Of a DNA stretch of 64,000 nucleotides, positions 1 through 9,689 are shown one piece after another (position 1 is the first letter of the stretch; each line of letters starts with the position of its first letter). Made by a program: the position numbers and the translations under genes. This DNA comes from Alphaproteobacteria bacterium. GTDB taxonomy: Bacteria > Pseudomonadota > Alphaproteobacteria > UBA828. The notes under the pieces were generated by a model that saw nothing but the letters and a program-made list of their open reading frames with translations, had not been told where the DNA came from and searched no databases. The stretch lies in assembly GCA_963667785.2 (NCBI GenBank), contig CAXXMU010000008.1, positions 32,001-96,000 on the forward strand, written 5' to 3'.

Positions 1-909
1 TCCGGTGCCGCCGTCTCCCTCTCGCGCGGGCTTGCCGCCGCCGCTATCGGCTCCGACACCGGCGGCTCCGTGCGTGTGCCCGCGGCCTGGAACGGCCTGG
101 TCGGCCTCAAGACCAGCGTCGGCCGGCTGCCGCTGGAGGGCGTGCTGGGGCTCAGCACCAGCATGGACACCGCCGGCCCGCTCACGCGCGACGTGGCCGA
201 TGCCGCCGCCCTCTTCGCCGTGCTCGACGGGCGGATCGGCGGCGGCAACCGGCCCGCGCCGGACCTCGCCGGCGCCACGCTCGCCCGCGCCCGCCTGGCG
301 CTGCCGACGACGCTCGTCTGGGACTCGCTCGATGCCGGCGTCGAGGTCGCGGCATGGGGCGCGATCGAGCGCCTGCGTGCAGCCGGCTGCGCCATCGAGG
401 AGGCGCCGGTGCCGGAGTTCGACGAGGCCGAGGCCCTGGTCGGCCGCTTCGGCCCCTATCACGCCGCCGAGTGCCACGCCATGTGGCACGACGAGATCGA
501 GGCGCGGCCGGAGCTGGTCTACGCCCCGATACTCGAGCGCATCCGCACCGGCGCGCGCATATCGGCCACGGACGCCGAACGGGCGAAGCAGGGGCTGGCC
601 GCCGCCGCCTCGTCCCTCCACGGGCGAATCAGGCGCCACGGCACCCTGCTGCTGCCGACGGTGGCCGTCGGCCCGCCGCCCATCGCCGCGCTCGAAGCCG
701 ATATCGAGGTCTACAAGGCGGCCAACGCCGCGATCCTGCGCAACACGCGCCTCGCCAACTTCCTCGGCTGCTGCGCGCTGACGCTCCCCTGCGGGCGCGA
801 TCGCGACGGCGTGCCGGTGGGTCTCATGCTGATGGCGCCGCCGGGCGAGGACGAGCGCCTGCTGCGCCTGGGCCGCGCTATCGAGCCCGTGATCGCTGCG
901 GCCGGGTGA
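1..909 (+). CDS. Amidase signature family enzyme (5' truncated by window)
   Basis: Frame is open from base 1: SGAAVS...[22 protein letters not shown] amidase signature; C-terminal PVGLMLMA...DERLL. Confidence 0.9.
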   Translation, partial: SGAAVSLSRGLAAAAIGSDTGGSVRVPAAWNGLVGLKTSVGRLPLEGVLGLSTSMDTAGPLTRDVADAAALFAVLDGRIGGGNRPAPDLAGATLARARLALPTTLVWDSLDAGVEVAAWGAIERLRAAGCAIEEAPVPEFDEAEALVGRFGPYHAAECHAMWHDEIEARPELVYAPILERIRTGARISATDAERAKQGLAAAASSLHGRIRRHGTLLLPTVAVGPPPIAALEADIEVYKAANAAILRNTRLANFLGCCALTLPCGRDRDGVPVGLMLMAPPGEDERLLRLGRAIEPVIAAAG

Positions 910-2467
910 GGGGCGCGGCGTCCGCAGCAGTGGCGGGGGTGAGCAGCGAGCGCCCCGTCATCGCCGCCGGCGCCGCCAGACCCATCAGGTCGAGCACCGT
1001 CGGCGCGATGTCCGCGAGCGCGCCGTCGCGGAGCGCAAGCCCAGGTGCGCCCGCCAGCACGGCGGGGACCGGCCCGTGGGTATGCGCGGTGTGGGGAGTC
1101 GCGTCGTCGGCGCCCCGCATCTGCTCGGCGTTGCCGTGATCGGCGGTGATGAGGAGCGCGCCGCCCGCCGTCGCCACCGCGTCCGCCAGCCGGCCGAGGC
1201 AGCGGTCCACCGCCGCGACCGCCTTCATCGCCGCCGCGAGATCGCCCGTGTGCCCCACCATGTCGGTGTTGGCGTAGTTCACGACGATCAGGTCGAAGCG
1301 CCTGCCTTCGACCGCCTCGATCACGCCGTCGGTGACCTCCGCCGCCGCCATCTCGGGCTGCAGGTCGTAGGTCGCGACCCTGGGCGAGGGCACGAGCACG
1401 CGCTCCTCGCCCGGCATCTCCCGCTCCTCGCCGCCATTGAGGAAGAAGGTGACATGGGCGTACTTCTCGGTCTCGGCGATCCGGAGCTGGCTGAGGCCCG
1501 CCGCAGAGACCACTGCGCCGAGGCCGTCGGCCACCGGGGAGGGCGGGAACAGGGTCCCCATCAGGCCGTCCAGCGTCTCCGAGTAGCTGCACATGCCGCA
1601 TGCCGCGGCGAAGCGCACCCGGCGCTCGCGGGCGAAGTCGTCGAAGGCCGGGTCGAGCAGCGCCGCGACGATCTGGCGCGCGCGGTCGGCCCGGAAGTTG
1701 GCCATGACCAGCCCGTCGCCGTCGGCGCCGCCGGCGTAGCCCGCGACCACCGCAGGCTCGACGAACTCGTCGCCGACATCCTCCACGTAGCTCTCGGCGA
1801 CGGCTGCCGCCGCGCTCGCCGCCGCCCGGCCCTGCGCCGCCACCACGGCCTCATAGGCCCGCGCGGTCCGCTCCCAGCGCCGGTCCCGGTCCATGGCGTA
1901 GTAGCGGCCGGCGACGGTCGCGATGCTCACGCCGGGGAGCCCGGCGATCGCCGCCTCGAAATGCGGAAGCTCGCCCGCAGCCGAGCGCGGCGGCACGTCG
2001 CGGCCGTCCAGGAAGGCGTGGATTGCCACGGGCACGCCGGCTTCGCTCAGGATGCGCGCGAGCGCCGTGATGTGGTTCTCGTGCGCGTGCACGCCGCCCG
2101 GAGAGACCAGGCCCATCAGGTGGCAGCGGCCGCCGCTCTCCCGCAGCCGTTCGATGAGAGCGAGGAGGGCCGGGTTGCGGGCGAGAGAGCCGTCGGCCAC
2201 GGCCCGGTCGATGCGGGGCAGGTCCTGCAGCACGATGCGGCCCGCGCCGATGGTCATGTGGCCCACCTCGGAATTGCCCATCTGGCCCTCGGGCAGGCCC
2301 ACGGCGGCGCCGGCGGTAGCCAGCAGGCCCCAGGCACGGTCCGCGGTCAGCCGGTCCCACACCGGCGTCTCAGCCAGCGCGATGGCGTTGTTCTCCGTCT
2401 CCGGCCGATGCCCCCAGCCGTCCAGCACGCAGAGGACGACGGGGCGGTATGCGGTCTTGCCGGCCAT
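878..2467 (-). CDS. gpmI: 2,3-bisphosphoglycerate-independent phosphoglycerate mutase
   Basis: [51 protein letters not shown] motifs; start re-picked at MAGKTAY. Confidence 0.95.
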   Translation of the reverse strand: MAGKTAYRPVVLCVLDGWGHRPETENNAIALAETPVWDRLTADRAWGLLATAGAAVGLPEGQMGNSEVGHMTIGAGRIVLQDLPRIDRAVADGSLARNPALLALIERLRESGGRCHLMGLVSPGGVHAHENHITALARILSEAGVPVAIHAFLDGRDVPPRSAAGELPHFEAAIAGLPGVSIATVAGRYYAMDRDRRWERTARAYEAVVAAQGRAAASAAAAVAESYVEDVGDEFVEPAVVAGYAGGADGDGLVMANFRADRARQIVAALLDPAFDDFARERRVRFAAACGMCSYSETLDGLMGTLFPPSPVADGLGAVVSAAGLSQLRIAETEKYAHVTFFLNGGEEREMPGEERVLVPSPRVATYDLQPEMAAAEVTDGVIEAVEGRRFDLIVVNYANTDMVGHTGDLAAAMKAVAAVDRCLGRLADAVATAGGALLITADHGNAEQMRGADDATPHTAHTHGPVPAVLAGAPGLALRDGALADIAPTVLDLMGLAAPAAMTGRSLLTPATAADAAPLTRPQRSRAR

Positions 2468-2514
2468 GACCGCGCCTTCTACCCCGCCGCCCCCGCGTTG
2501 GCCACGCCGCGGGC

Positions 2515-3036
2515 TCAGACCGGCGCCGGGCGGTCGCCGCGGCTGATCGTCACCGGCGCGCCGCCGCTGATCGTCCGGTAGACGACGCAGTAGCGCTCGG
2601 TGAGCCTGAAGAGCTTCTCCAGGTCCTCCTGCGCGGCGTCGCTCGCCACGTCGAAGTGCAGGCGAATGGCGCGGAAGCCCACCGGCGCGTCGCGGTCGAC
2701 GCCGAGGGTGCCGCGCACGTCGAGATCGCCCTCCGCGCTCACCCGGGCGTCGCGGATCTCGATGGAGAGCGCGGTCGCGACCGCCTTGAGGGTGACGCCG
2801 GCGCAGGCGACCAGCGCCTGGAGCAGCATGTCGCCGGAGCATGCCTGCAGGCCCGAGCCGCCGCCCGAGGGATGCAGCCCCGCCTCGACCAGTGCCTTGC
2901 CGGTATCGACCGAGCAGGCGATTCCCGATTCGTCCACCGCGCCCGCGGCCCTGAGCACGATGATGGCCGCGTCCGCGTCCTCGCGGTAGCGTTGCTTGAG
3001 CGGCGCCTGCAGCGACCTGAGTTCGTCGGCATCCAT
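2515..3036 (-). CDS. OsmC/Ohr-like family protein
   Basis: MDADELRSLQAPLK...ACSGDMLLQALVACAG...TERYCVV, with the two conserved Cys. Confidence 0.85.
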   Translation of the reverse strand: MDADELRSLQAPLKQRYREDADAAIIVLRAAGAVDESGIACSVDTGKALVEAGLHPSGGGSGLQACSGDMLLQALVACAGVTLKAVATALSIEIRDARVSAEGDLDVRGTLGVDRDAPVGFRAIRLHFDVASDAAQEDLEKLFRLTERYCVVYRTISGGAPVTISRGDRPAPV

Positions 3037-3071
3037 GTCGTGTGTCCCTTTCTGGTGCCCTCTGGCGCCCC

Positions 3072-4424
3072 CTAGCGCCGGTAGCGCGCGGCGGGGTGCT
3101 GCGCCGGCAGCCGCGCCCGCCCGAACAGCTTCTCGCGCAGGCTGCCCGGCGCGTAGTCCGGCTGCACCAGCCCGCGCCGCTGCAGCTCCGGCACCACGCC
3201 GTCCACGAAGTCCGCGAAGGTGCCGGGGGTGACCGCGTAGACGATGTTGAAGCCGTCGACTCCCACCTCGTGCCATGCCTGGAAGCGATCCGCGATCTGC
3301 TCCGGCGTGCCGGCGAGGAACTGGCCGGAGGCGCGCGAGCGCACGAGGTCGCGGAAGGTGAGCGAGGTATCGGGCGCCGATTCGATCAGCCCCCTGACCA
3401 CGCCCTGCATGGCGTCGGTCTCGAGGCTGGCGAGCGGCGCGTCGAGGTCGATGGCGCCGAGGTCCACGCCGACGCTCCCGCTCATGTGCGCGAGCCCGCC
3501 TTCCACGCTCGACTGCGCCAGATAGTCCGCCGCCTTGGCCTCGGCCTCCGCCTCGGTGCCGCCCACCACCGGGGTGACGCCCTGGAAGAAGAGGATGTCC
3601 TCCGGCCGCCGCCCTCGCCTGGCGGCGCGGGCGCGGATGTCCCGGACGACGCCGGCAGACGCCTTCAGGCTCCGCATGGAGGCGAACATGAAGACGCACT
3701 CCGCGTGGGTCGCGGCGAACTCCCGCCCGCGCTCGGACGATCCGGCCTGGAAGAGCAGCGGGGTGCGCTGCGGCGAGGGCTCGGAGAGATGCGGCCCCTT
3801 CACCTCGTAGTAACGGCCCGCGTGGTCGATGGGGTGGATCTTCGCCGGGTCGGCGTAGACGCCGCGGGCCGTGTCGCGCAGCACCGCGTCTTCCTCCCAG
3901 CTTCCCTCCCACAGCTTGTAGGCGACCTCCAGATACTCCTCGGCGCGGGCGTAGCGCTCGTCATGAGGCGGCAGCCCGCCGAAGCCGAGGTTCTCGCCCG
4001 CGTTCGGCAGGTAGGAGGTGACGATGTTCCAGGCGATGCGCCCCCGCGTGAGGTGATCCAGCGTCGAGATCTGACGGGCGAAGGTGAAGGGCGGCACCTG
4101 GAGCACCGAGTTCGTGAAGGCGAAGCCGAGATGCTCGGTCGCCATCGCCATCGCCGGGATCAGCGGCATCGGGTCGTTCGCCGGGATCTGCACCGCTTCC
4201 TCGATCGCCGTCCCGGGCCCGCCCCGGTAGAGGTCGTAGGCGCCGATCACGTCGGCGAGGAAGAGAGCGTCGAAGCGGCCCCTCTCCAGGAGCTGCGCGA
4301 GCTCGATCCAGGGCTCGATCCGGTTGTACTCGCGCTGGCGCGTGTCGCCCCGCACCCACAGGCCATGCTGGATGTGGGAGACGCAGTTCATCGAGAACGC
4401 GTTGAGGTGGATGCGCTTGCTCAT
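3072..4424 (-). CDS. LLM-class flavin-dependent monooxygenase (NtaA/DmoA/DszA-like)
   Basis: FDALFLADVIG, TLDHLTRGRIAWNIVTS, PSPQRTPLLFQAGSS, VVPELQRRGL. Confidence 0.9.
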   Translation of the reverse strand: MSKRIHLNAFSMNCVSHIQHGLWVRGDTRQREYNRIEPWIELAQLLERGRFDALFLADVIGAYDLYRGGPGTAIEEAVQIPANDPMPLIPAMAMATEHLGFAFTNSVLQVPPFTFARQISTLDHLTRGRIAWNIVTSYLPNAGENLGFGGLPPHDERYARAEEYLEVAYKLWEGSWEEDAVLRDTARGVYADPAKIHPIDHAGRYYEVKGPHLSEPSPQRTPLLFQAGSSERGREFAATHAECVFMFASMRSLKASAGVVRDIRARAARRGRRPEDILFFQGVTPVVGGTEAEAEAKAADYLAQSSVEGGLAHMSGSVGVDLGAIDLDAPLASLETDAMQGVVRGLIESAPDTSLTFRDLVRSRASGQFLAGTPEQIADRFQAWHEVGVDGFNIVYAVTPGTFADFVDGVVPELQRRGLVQPDYAPGSLREKLFGRARLPAQHPAARYRR

Positions 4425-4568
4425 GCGCCGTCGTCTCCGGGGCCGCGGCCCTGCGCCAGCATGGCACGCCCGTGCCGTGCGCGAAACGTGCGCGCCCATG
4501 CCCCCGGCGGGCGCGCCTTGCTGTATGGTCGTGCTCCCCGAACGGAGTCATGCAGAGCGAGGGAAGCG

Positions 4569-5360
4569 ATGGCGGAGGATCGTGCCGCGGACCGCGAGGT
4601 CGGCGTCGACGGCAAGGTGGTGCTGGTCACCGGCGCGTCGCGGGGCATCGGCGCCTGCTGCGTCCGCTCCCTGCTCGCCGGCGGCGCCAGCGTCGTCCTC
4701 CACTACAACGAGCGCAGGGAGGCGGCGCAAGCGGTGGCCGAAGCGGCGCCCGAGCACTGCCACCTGGTGGGGGCCGACCTCGCGGAGGAGGAGGCGCCGC
4801 GCGCGCTCTGGCAGCGGGCGCTCGCCTGGCAGGGCCGCATCGACGTGCTGGTCAACAACGCCGCCGTCTACGAGGCCGAGCCCGAGAGCGCCGGCGAGGC
4901 CGATGACGCCGCCTGGCGCGCCGTCTGGCAGCGCACGCTGCAGATCAACCTGATCGCGCCGGCGGCGCTCGCCCGGCTTGCGGTGGACCACTTCCGCACA
5001 CGCGGCGGCGGCATCCTCATCCACCTCTCGAGCCGGGCCGCCCATCGCGGGGAGAAGCCGCTGCTCGGCTCCTATGCCGCGAGCAAGGCCGGCCTCAACG
5101 CGCTCAGCCACACCATCGCCCGCAACGACGGCGCTGCCGGCGTGCTCTCCTATGCGGTGGCGCCGGGCTGGGTCGGCACCGACATGTCCTGGGACTACAT
5201 CAACGAGACCGGCGATCGCGGCCCGCTCGGCGAGAACGCGCTGGGCACGCTGATTCCGCCCGAGGAGGTGGCGAACATCGTGGCCTTCCTCGCCTCCGGC
5301 GCGGCACGCCACGCCACGGGCACCGTCATCGACATCAACGGCGCCACCTTCCCACGCTAG
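4569..5360 (+). CDS. Short-chain dehydrogenase/reductase
   Basis: TGASRGIG, LVNNAA, YAASK motifs. Confidence 0.92.
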   Translation: MAEDRAADREVGVDGKVVLVTGASRGIGACCVRSLLAGGASVVLHYNERREAAQAVAEAAPEHCHLVGADLAEEEAPRALWQRALAWQGRIDVLVNNAAVYEAEPESAGEADDAAWRAVWQRTLQINLIAPAALARLAVDHFRTRGGGILIHLSSRAAHRGEKPLLGSYAASKAGLNALSHTIARNDGAAGVLSYAVAPGWVGTDMSWDYINETGDRGPLGENALGTLIPPEEVANIVAFLASGAARHATGTVIDINGATFPR

Positions 5361-5563
5361 TGTCCGGAGAGAGAAGTTCGCTCGATTGCGGGTTGGTTGC
5401 GCTGCCTCCCCCCCGTTAGCAATCCTCGTCATGCCCGGACTTGTTCCGGGCATCTCGCTCAGCCGGACCAGTCGAACGCCACGCGAACACGTGGATGGCC
5501 GGGACAAGCCCGGCCATGACGTGGGGGGGTATGCGCACACGAACGTCGCGATCAGGACACTAG
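5357..5563. mobile_element. Putative MITE (207 bp) bounded by CTAG, with imperfect terminal inverted repeats
   Basis: Left end CTAGTGTCCGGAGAGAGAAGTTCG versus reverse complement of right end CTAGTGTCCTGATCGCGACGTTCG (19/24 identical); no transposase. Confidence 0.55.
5427..5521. repeat. REP/RIME-like palindromic intergenic element, copy 1
   Basis: CGTCATGCCCGGACTTGTTCCGGGCATC...GTGGATGGCCGGGACAAGCCCGGCCATGACG; two hairpins with terminal complementarity; close copy at 45481-45571. Confidence 0.85.
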
Positions 5564-5677
5564 GCCGCGACTGCGGCCAGCGCGGACTCTTCTTTCGCGC
5601 TCGTGACCTTTTTGTGCCGCGCTCGTGACCTTGCAGGCACGAGCGACTCAGGCGCGCGCTCCCAGCCTGTCACCCGG

Positions 5678-5925
5678 ACCATGGTGCGGTGCACGGCGTG
5701 GGGCGTCTCCGCCAAGATCGCGCCATGCGACGGAAGAACCAGCGGCGGCAGGCGGAAAGGGCGGGAACAACGCCCGGCGCCACCTCGCGGTCACGGGATT
5801 CATCCCGGAAACCCGCCCGGATATCCCAGCGGAATCCCACCTTCTTCGGAAAATGTCCCGCGCGGAATCCCTTGCCATCCCGGCGAATCCCGCGTGCCCC
5901 CCCTTTTTGGTGAATCCCACTTTCA
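5678..5925 (+). repeat. Dispersed non-coding element with AATCCC array, copy A
   Basis: 5678-5703 matches the reverse complement of 45771-45796 at 23/26; 5862-5925 aligns with the reverse complement of 45609-45670. Confidence 0.7.
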
Positions 5926-6202
5926 GTCGCCATGGCGGGGCGCGACGCCCGGCCCCCGTCGCGTCCCCGGAACACGTCCGCGCATGGTCCGGGCATGACG
6001 AAGGGAGGGCGGGTATGACGGCCAGGGGTGCCGTTCGAGCCGTGGTGACCTCGTATGGTCGGATCGTGCTCCAGGGCGGCTGCGGGCCGGTGACAAGTCG
6101 CGCGCGCTGCGGGATCGCTCGTTGTTGGACGATCGTGTTTTCGATGCTAGCGTGCCGACAAATGCCGACCGATTCCTTGTAGACCTCCAGAGGAAAAGCG
6201 TC

Positions 6203-6613
6203 ATGGGTCCTGGTGCAGGAATAAGAAGTGCTGTCGTCTTGACGCTTCTTCTATTTGTTTTTGCATGCGCGCCCGCCTATCAGCCCCTGACGGAGAGAAA
6301 CTCGACATTGACCCAGGGGAACGTTCAGCTGAATCTTCAGGTGGGCAAGACGACCAAGGCCCACGTGCTCGAGACATTCGGCTCGCCCAACATCACCACC
6401 AGAGACGGAAGCGGTCGCGAGGTCTGGACGTATCAGAGAAGCGCCCAAGTAACCCAGTCGTCATCGGAGTCCGGTTACTGGTCCATATTGATCGTGGGTC
6501 AATCCTTCGACAGTTCCGGGCTCGAGACGTCCACTAGAATGATCACGCTTATCATAAAATTCGATAGCGACGACGTGGTCGTGGACTTCAGAAGCCAGAC
6601 GTCGGATTTCTAG
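6203..6613 (+). CDS. Lipoprotein with SmpA/BamE-like domain
   Basis: RBS AGAGGA; lipobox VFA-C; LQVGKTTKAHVLETFGSP...EVWTY and terminal IKFDSDDVV resemble the BamE-like fold; lower GC than flanks. Confidence 0.7.
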   Translation: MGPGAGIRSAVVLTLLLFVFACAPAYQPLTERNSTLTQGNVQLNLQVGKTTKAHVLETFGSPNITTRDGSGREVWTYQRSAQVTQSSSESGYWSILIVGQSFDSSGLETSTRMITLIIKFDSDDVVVDFRSQTSDF

Positions 6614-6626
6614 AGAGACCGTAGCA

Positions 6627-7103
6627 ATGAGATATCGCCTTCTGCTCCCGTTCCTTCTGGCGGCGGCCGTGTCGGCGTGCGCCCCGGCGATGCCGCCCCC
6701 GATCCAGACTCCCCTGGCCATTCAGAGCATCCAGAGCAGGCAGTACGAGGCCAGCAGGGAAGTCGTGTTTCCCAGCGTGATCTCGATGTTTCAGGACCTG
6801 GGGTACATCATTACGAACGCCGACATGGCGACGGGGCTGATCTCGGCGGAAAGTGCCGCACAGAGCAGCGACGACTTCGAGAGTTTCCTGATGGGGCAGA
6901 CGAAAGTCTCCCAGACCAAGGCCACGGGATTCGTGGAAACGATCGGCACCATGACGCGGCTGAGGCTGAATTTCGTCGAAATAAACCAGACCTCGACCGA
7001 CTATGGACAAACCGACCGCCACGACACGCCGATTATGAACCCGGGGCTCTATCAGAACGCATTCAGCCGGGTCGAGAACGGGATTTTCCTGCGCTCGGAG
7101 TGA
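6627..7103 (+). CDS. Hypothetical lipoprotein
   Basis: Signal MRYRLLLPFLLAAAVSA-C; globular composition; 13 bp after the previous gene. Confidence 0.75.
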   Translation: MRYRLLLPFLLAAAVSACAPAMPPPIQTPLAIQSIQSRQYEASREVVFPSVISMFQDLGYIITNADMATGLISAESAAQSSDDFESFLMGQTKVSQTKATGFVETIGTMTRLRLNFVEINQTSTDYGQTDRHDTPIMNPGLYQNAFSRVENGIFLRSE

Positions 7104-7231
7104 GGCGAGCGCCGCCGACCGATACGCGTATCAGGCCGGCCTAAACGCCGCCTCTCCATCCTGCCCCCGGCGCGCGGGCGCCCGGAGAAGGGAACGGGCG
7201 CCGCGTGCCTCAGCCGGATGAGGGCAGAGAG

Positions 7232-7258
7232 GCGGCCCCGCGGGCTCCGCGGGGCCGC
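7232..7258. terminator. GC-rich hairpin between convergent genes
   Basis: Perfect 12-bp stem GCGGCCCCGCGG-gct-CCGCGGGGCCGC; no U-tract. Confidence 0.45.
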
Positions 7259-7272
7259 ACGCCGTGCACGGA

Positions 7273-8316
7273 TCAGCCGTAGCGGTAGGGCCGGCCCGCC
7301 TTCTCCATGTCCGCGTTGTACTGCTTGAAGATCTCGACCACCTTGGCCTTGGTCTCGGATTCGGCCGCGATCTCGTCCCAGAAGACGCGCGCGGCGGCCT
7401 CCACCTGGGCCCATTCCTCGTCGGGGATCGAGGTCAGCTCCATCTTGGTGCCGTGGACGCGCAGGCTCGCCTCGCCGCCCCAGTACCACCACTGGCGATA
7501 GTAGTGGGACTGATCGCCGATGACCCGCAGAAGGGTCTGGAGATCCTCGGGAAGCTCGTTCCAGCGCTCCATGTTGGCGTAGAACGAGCCGATCCAGGCG
7601 CCGGAGATGTTGTTGGTGAGGAAGTAGTTGGTCACGTCGGCCCAGCCCACCGTGTAATCCTCGGTGATGCCCGACCAGGAGACGCCGTCGAGCTCGCCGG
7701 TCTGCACCGCGACCTCGATGTCCTCCCAGGGCAGCGTGACCGGAACCACGCCGAACTGGGTCAGGAAGCGGCCCGCGGTTGGGAAGGTGAAGACGCGCTT
7801 CCCCTCCAGGTCGGCGAGCGAGCGGATCGGGTCCTTGGTCGCGAAGTGGCAGGGATCCCAGGCGCCCGCCGAGATGTGCTTGATGCCGACCTTCTCGTAC
7901 TCCGCCGCCCAGATTTCGTTCAGGCCGTACTGGTTGAAGAGCACCGGCACGTCGAGCGAATAGCGCGAGGCGAACGGGAAGTAGCCGCCGAACACGGTGA
8001 CCTCGGTGGGCGAGGCCATCGAATCGTCGTCGGACTGCACCGCATCGATGGTGCCGCGCTGCATGGCGCGGAAGAGCTCGCCCGTCGGCACGATCTGGTC
8101 GGAATAGAAGAGCTCGATCTGCATGCGCTCGCCCGCGATCTTGTTGAACATGTCGATCGCGGGCTTGATCACGTGCTCGGCCAGCGCGGGCCCGGCATAG
8201 GTCTGCATCCGCCAGGTGATCTGCGCCTGCGCCACCGCGGGCGTCGTCAGGGCAGCACCGGCAGCGACGGCCGGTACGGCGGCCGCCGCCTTGAGGAGAT
8301 TGCGCCGTGTGGTCAT
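7273..8316 (-). CDS. dctP: TRAP transporter solute-binding protein (DctP family), Tat signal
   Basis: TRRNLLK twin-arginine leader, ITWRMQT, WNELPEDLQ; RBS AAGGAG; follows dctQM. Confidence 0.9.
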   Translation of the reverse strand: MTTRRNLLKAAAAVPAVAAGAALTTPAVAQAQITWRMQTYAGPALAEHVIKPAIDMFNKIAGERMQIELFYSDQIVPTGELFRAMQRGTIDAVQSDDDSMASPTEVTVFGGYFPFASRYSLDVPVLFNQYGLNEIWAAEYEKVGIKHISAGAWDPCHFATKDPIRSLADLEGKRVFTFPTAGRFLTQFGVVPVTLPWEDIEVAVQTGELDGVSWSGITEDYTVGWADVTNYFLTNNISGAWIGSFYANMERWNELPEDLQTLLRVIGDQSHYYRQWWYWGGEASLRVHGTKMELTSIPDEEWAQVEAAARVFWDEIAAESETKAKVVEIFKQYNADMEKAGRPYRYG

Positions 8317-8363
8317 TGAGTCGTCTCCTTTCGGGTTGAGGCGAGAGAAAGCCCCGTTGCGTC

Positions 8364-9689
8364 TCAGTTGCCGTAGACATAGCCCGGAAACCACAGGGCG
8401 ATTTCCGGGAACACCATGATGATGACGAGTGCCACAATCATCACGCCGACGAAGGGAATGATGGAGCGATAAATGTCGCGCAAGGTTATTTCTGGAGGCG
8501 CCATGGCGCGCATGAGGAAGAGGTTGTAGCCGAAGGGCGGCGTCATGTAGGCGATTTGCGTGGTGATGGTGTAGAGGACGCCGTACCAGATCAGGTTGAA
8601 TCCCAACGCGTCGACGAGAGGGACATAGAGGGGGGCGACGATCACCAGCATCGCCGTGTCGTCGAGAAACGTTCCCATCACCAGGAACGAGAGCTGCATC
8701 AGCACGAGTACCATCCAGGGCGAGAGCCCCATCTGCTCGGTGAACACGTCCTCGATCGCGTGCGCGGCCCCCAGCCCGTCGAACACCGAGCCGAAGGCGA
8801 GCGCCGCCAGGATGATCCACATGAACATGCAGGTGATGCGGAGCGTGTTGCGTACCGAGTTCTCGAACACCTGCCTGGTCATGCGCCGGCGCACGATGGC
8901 GGCGAGGAAGGCGGCGAGCGCGCCGATGGCGGACGATTCGACCAGCGAGGTCGAGCCGCTGACGAAGGGCACGATCATCACCGCGTAGATGAAGAGCGGC
9001 AGCAGGCCGGCGCGGAGCAGCCGCATCTTTTCCGGCCAGGGCACGTCGCGCTCGGCCTTGGGCAGAACAGGGCCGAGACTGGGCGTGATCCAGCAGCGCA
9101 GCCAGATGTAGAGGACGAAGAGCCCGGCCATCATGAGCCCGGGGAAGATCCCCGCGAGCCAGAGCTGGCCCACGGGCTGGCGCGCGATCATGGCGTAGAG
9201 CACGAGCACCACCGAGGGCGGCACGAGGATGCCGAGCGAGCTTCCCGCCTGAATGACGCCGGTCACCATGCGCTTGTCGTAGTTGCGCTTGAGCAGCTCG
9301 GGCAGCGCGATGGTCGCGCCGATGGCCATGCCGGCGACGCTCAGCCCGTTCATCGCCGAGACCAGCACCATGAGCCCGATCGTGCCCACGGCAAGCCCGC
9401 CGGCCATGCCGCCCGTCCACACGTGGAACATGCGGTAGAGGTCGTCGGCGATCCTCGATTCCGAGAGCACGTAGCCCATGAAGATGAACATCGGCAGCGT
9501 GAGCAGCGGGTACCATTTCATGAGCTTCATGGCGGCGGCGAAGCCCAGGTCGTAACCGCCCCGGTCGCCCCAGAGGAGCAGCGCGGAAAGGACCGCGACG
9601 AAGCCGATCGCGGCGAAGACGCGCTGGCCCGTGGCCAGCATGAGCATCATCAGCGCGAACATCAGGACGGTGATCATCTCGTAGGACAT
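8364..9689 (-). CDS. dctM: TRAP transporter large permease
   Basis: SSLGILVPPSVVLVLY, YMTPPFGYNLF; highly hydrophobic. Confidence 0.92.
   Translation of the reverse strand: MSYEMITVLMFALMMLMLATGQRVFAAIGFVAVLSALLLWGDRGGYDLGFAAAMKLMKWYPLLTLPMFIFMGYVLSESRIADDLYRMFHVWTGGMAGGLAVGTIGLMVLVSAMNGLSVAGMAIGATIALPELLKRNYDKRMVTGVIQAGSSLGILVPPSVVLVLYAMIARQPVGQLWLAGIFPGLMMAGLFVLYIWLRCWITPSLGPVLPKAERDVPWPEKMRLLRAGLLPLFIYAVMIVPFVSGSTSLVESSAIGALAAFLAAIVRRRMTRQVFENSVRNTLRITCMFMWIILAALAFGSVFDGLGAAHAIEDVFTEQMGLSPWMVLVLMQLSFLVMGTFLDDTAMLVIVAPLYVPLVDALGFNLIWYGVLYTITTQIAYMTPPFGYNLFLMRAMAPPEITLRDIYRSIIPFVGVMIVALVIIMVFPEIALWFPGYVYGN

Noticed and set aside
878-909. 32-bp convergent overlap of the amidase and gpmI
   Set aside because: Short tail-to-tail overlaps are routine in high-GC genomes
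5596-5632. 15-bp direct repeat CGCGCTCGTGACCTT x2
   Set aside because: Real, but only a local duplication with no supporting context
5796-5925. CRISPR array suggested by the recurring AATCCC
   Set aside because: The repeats are only 6-10 bp with irregular spacing and there are no cas genes; reported as a dispersed element instead
5386-6204. Short ORFs across the repeat region on both strands
   Set aside because: No host-like codon bias or motifs, and they overlap palindromic repeats; treated as non-coding
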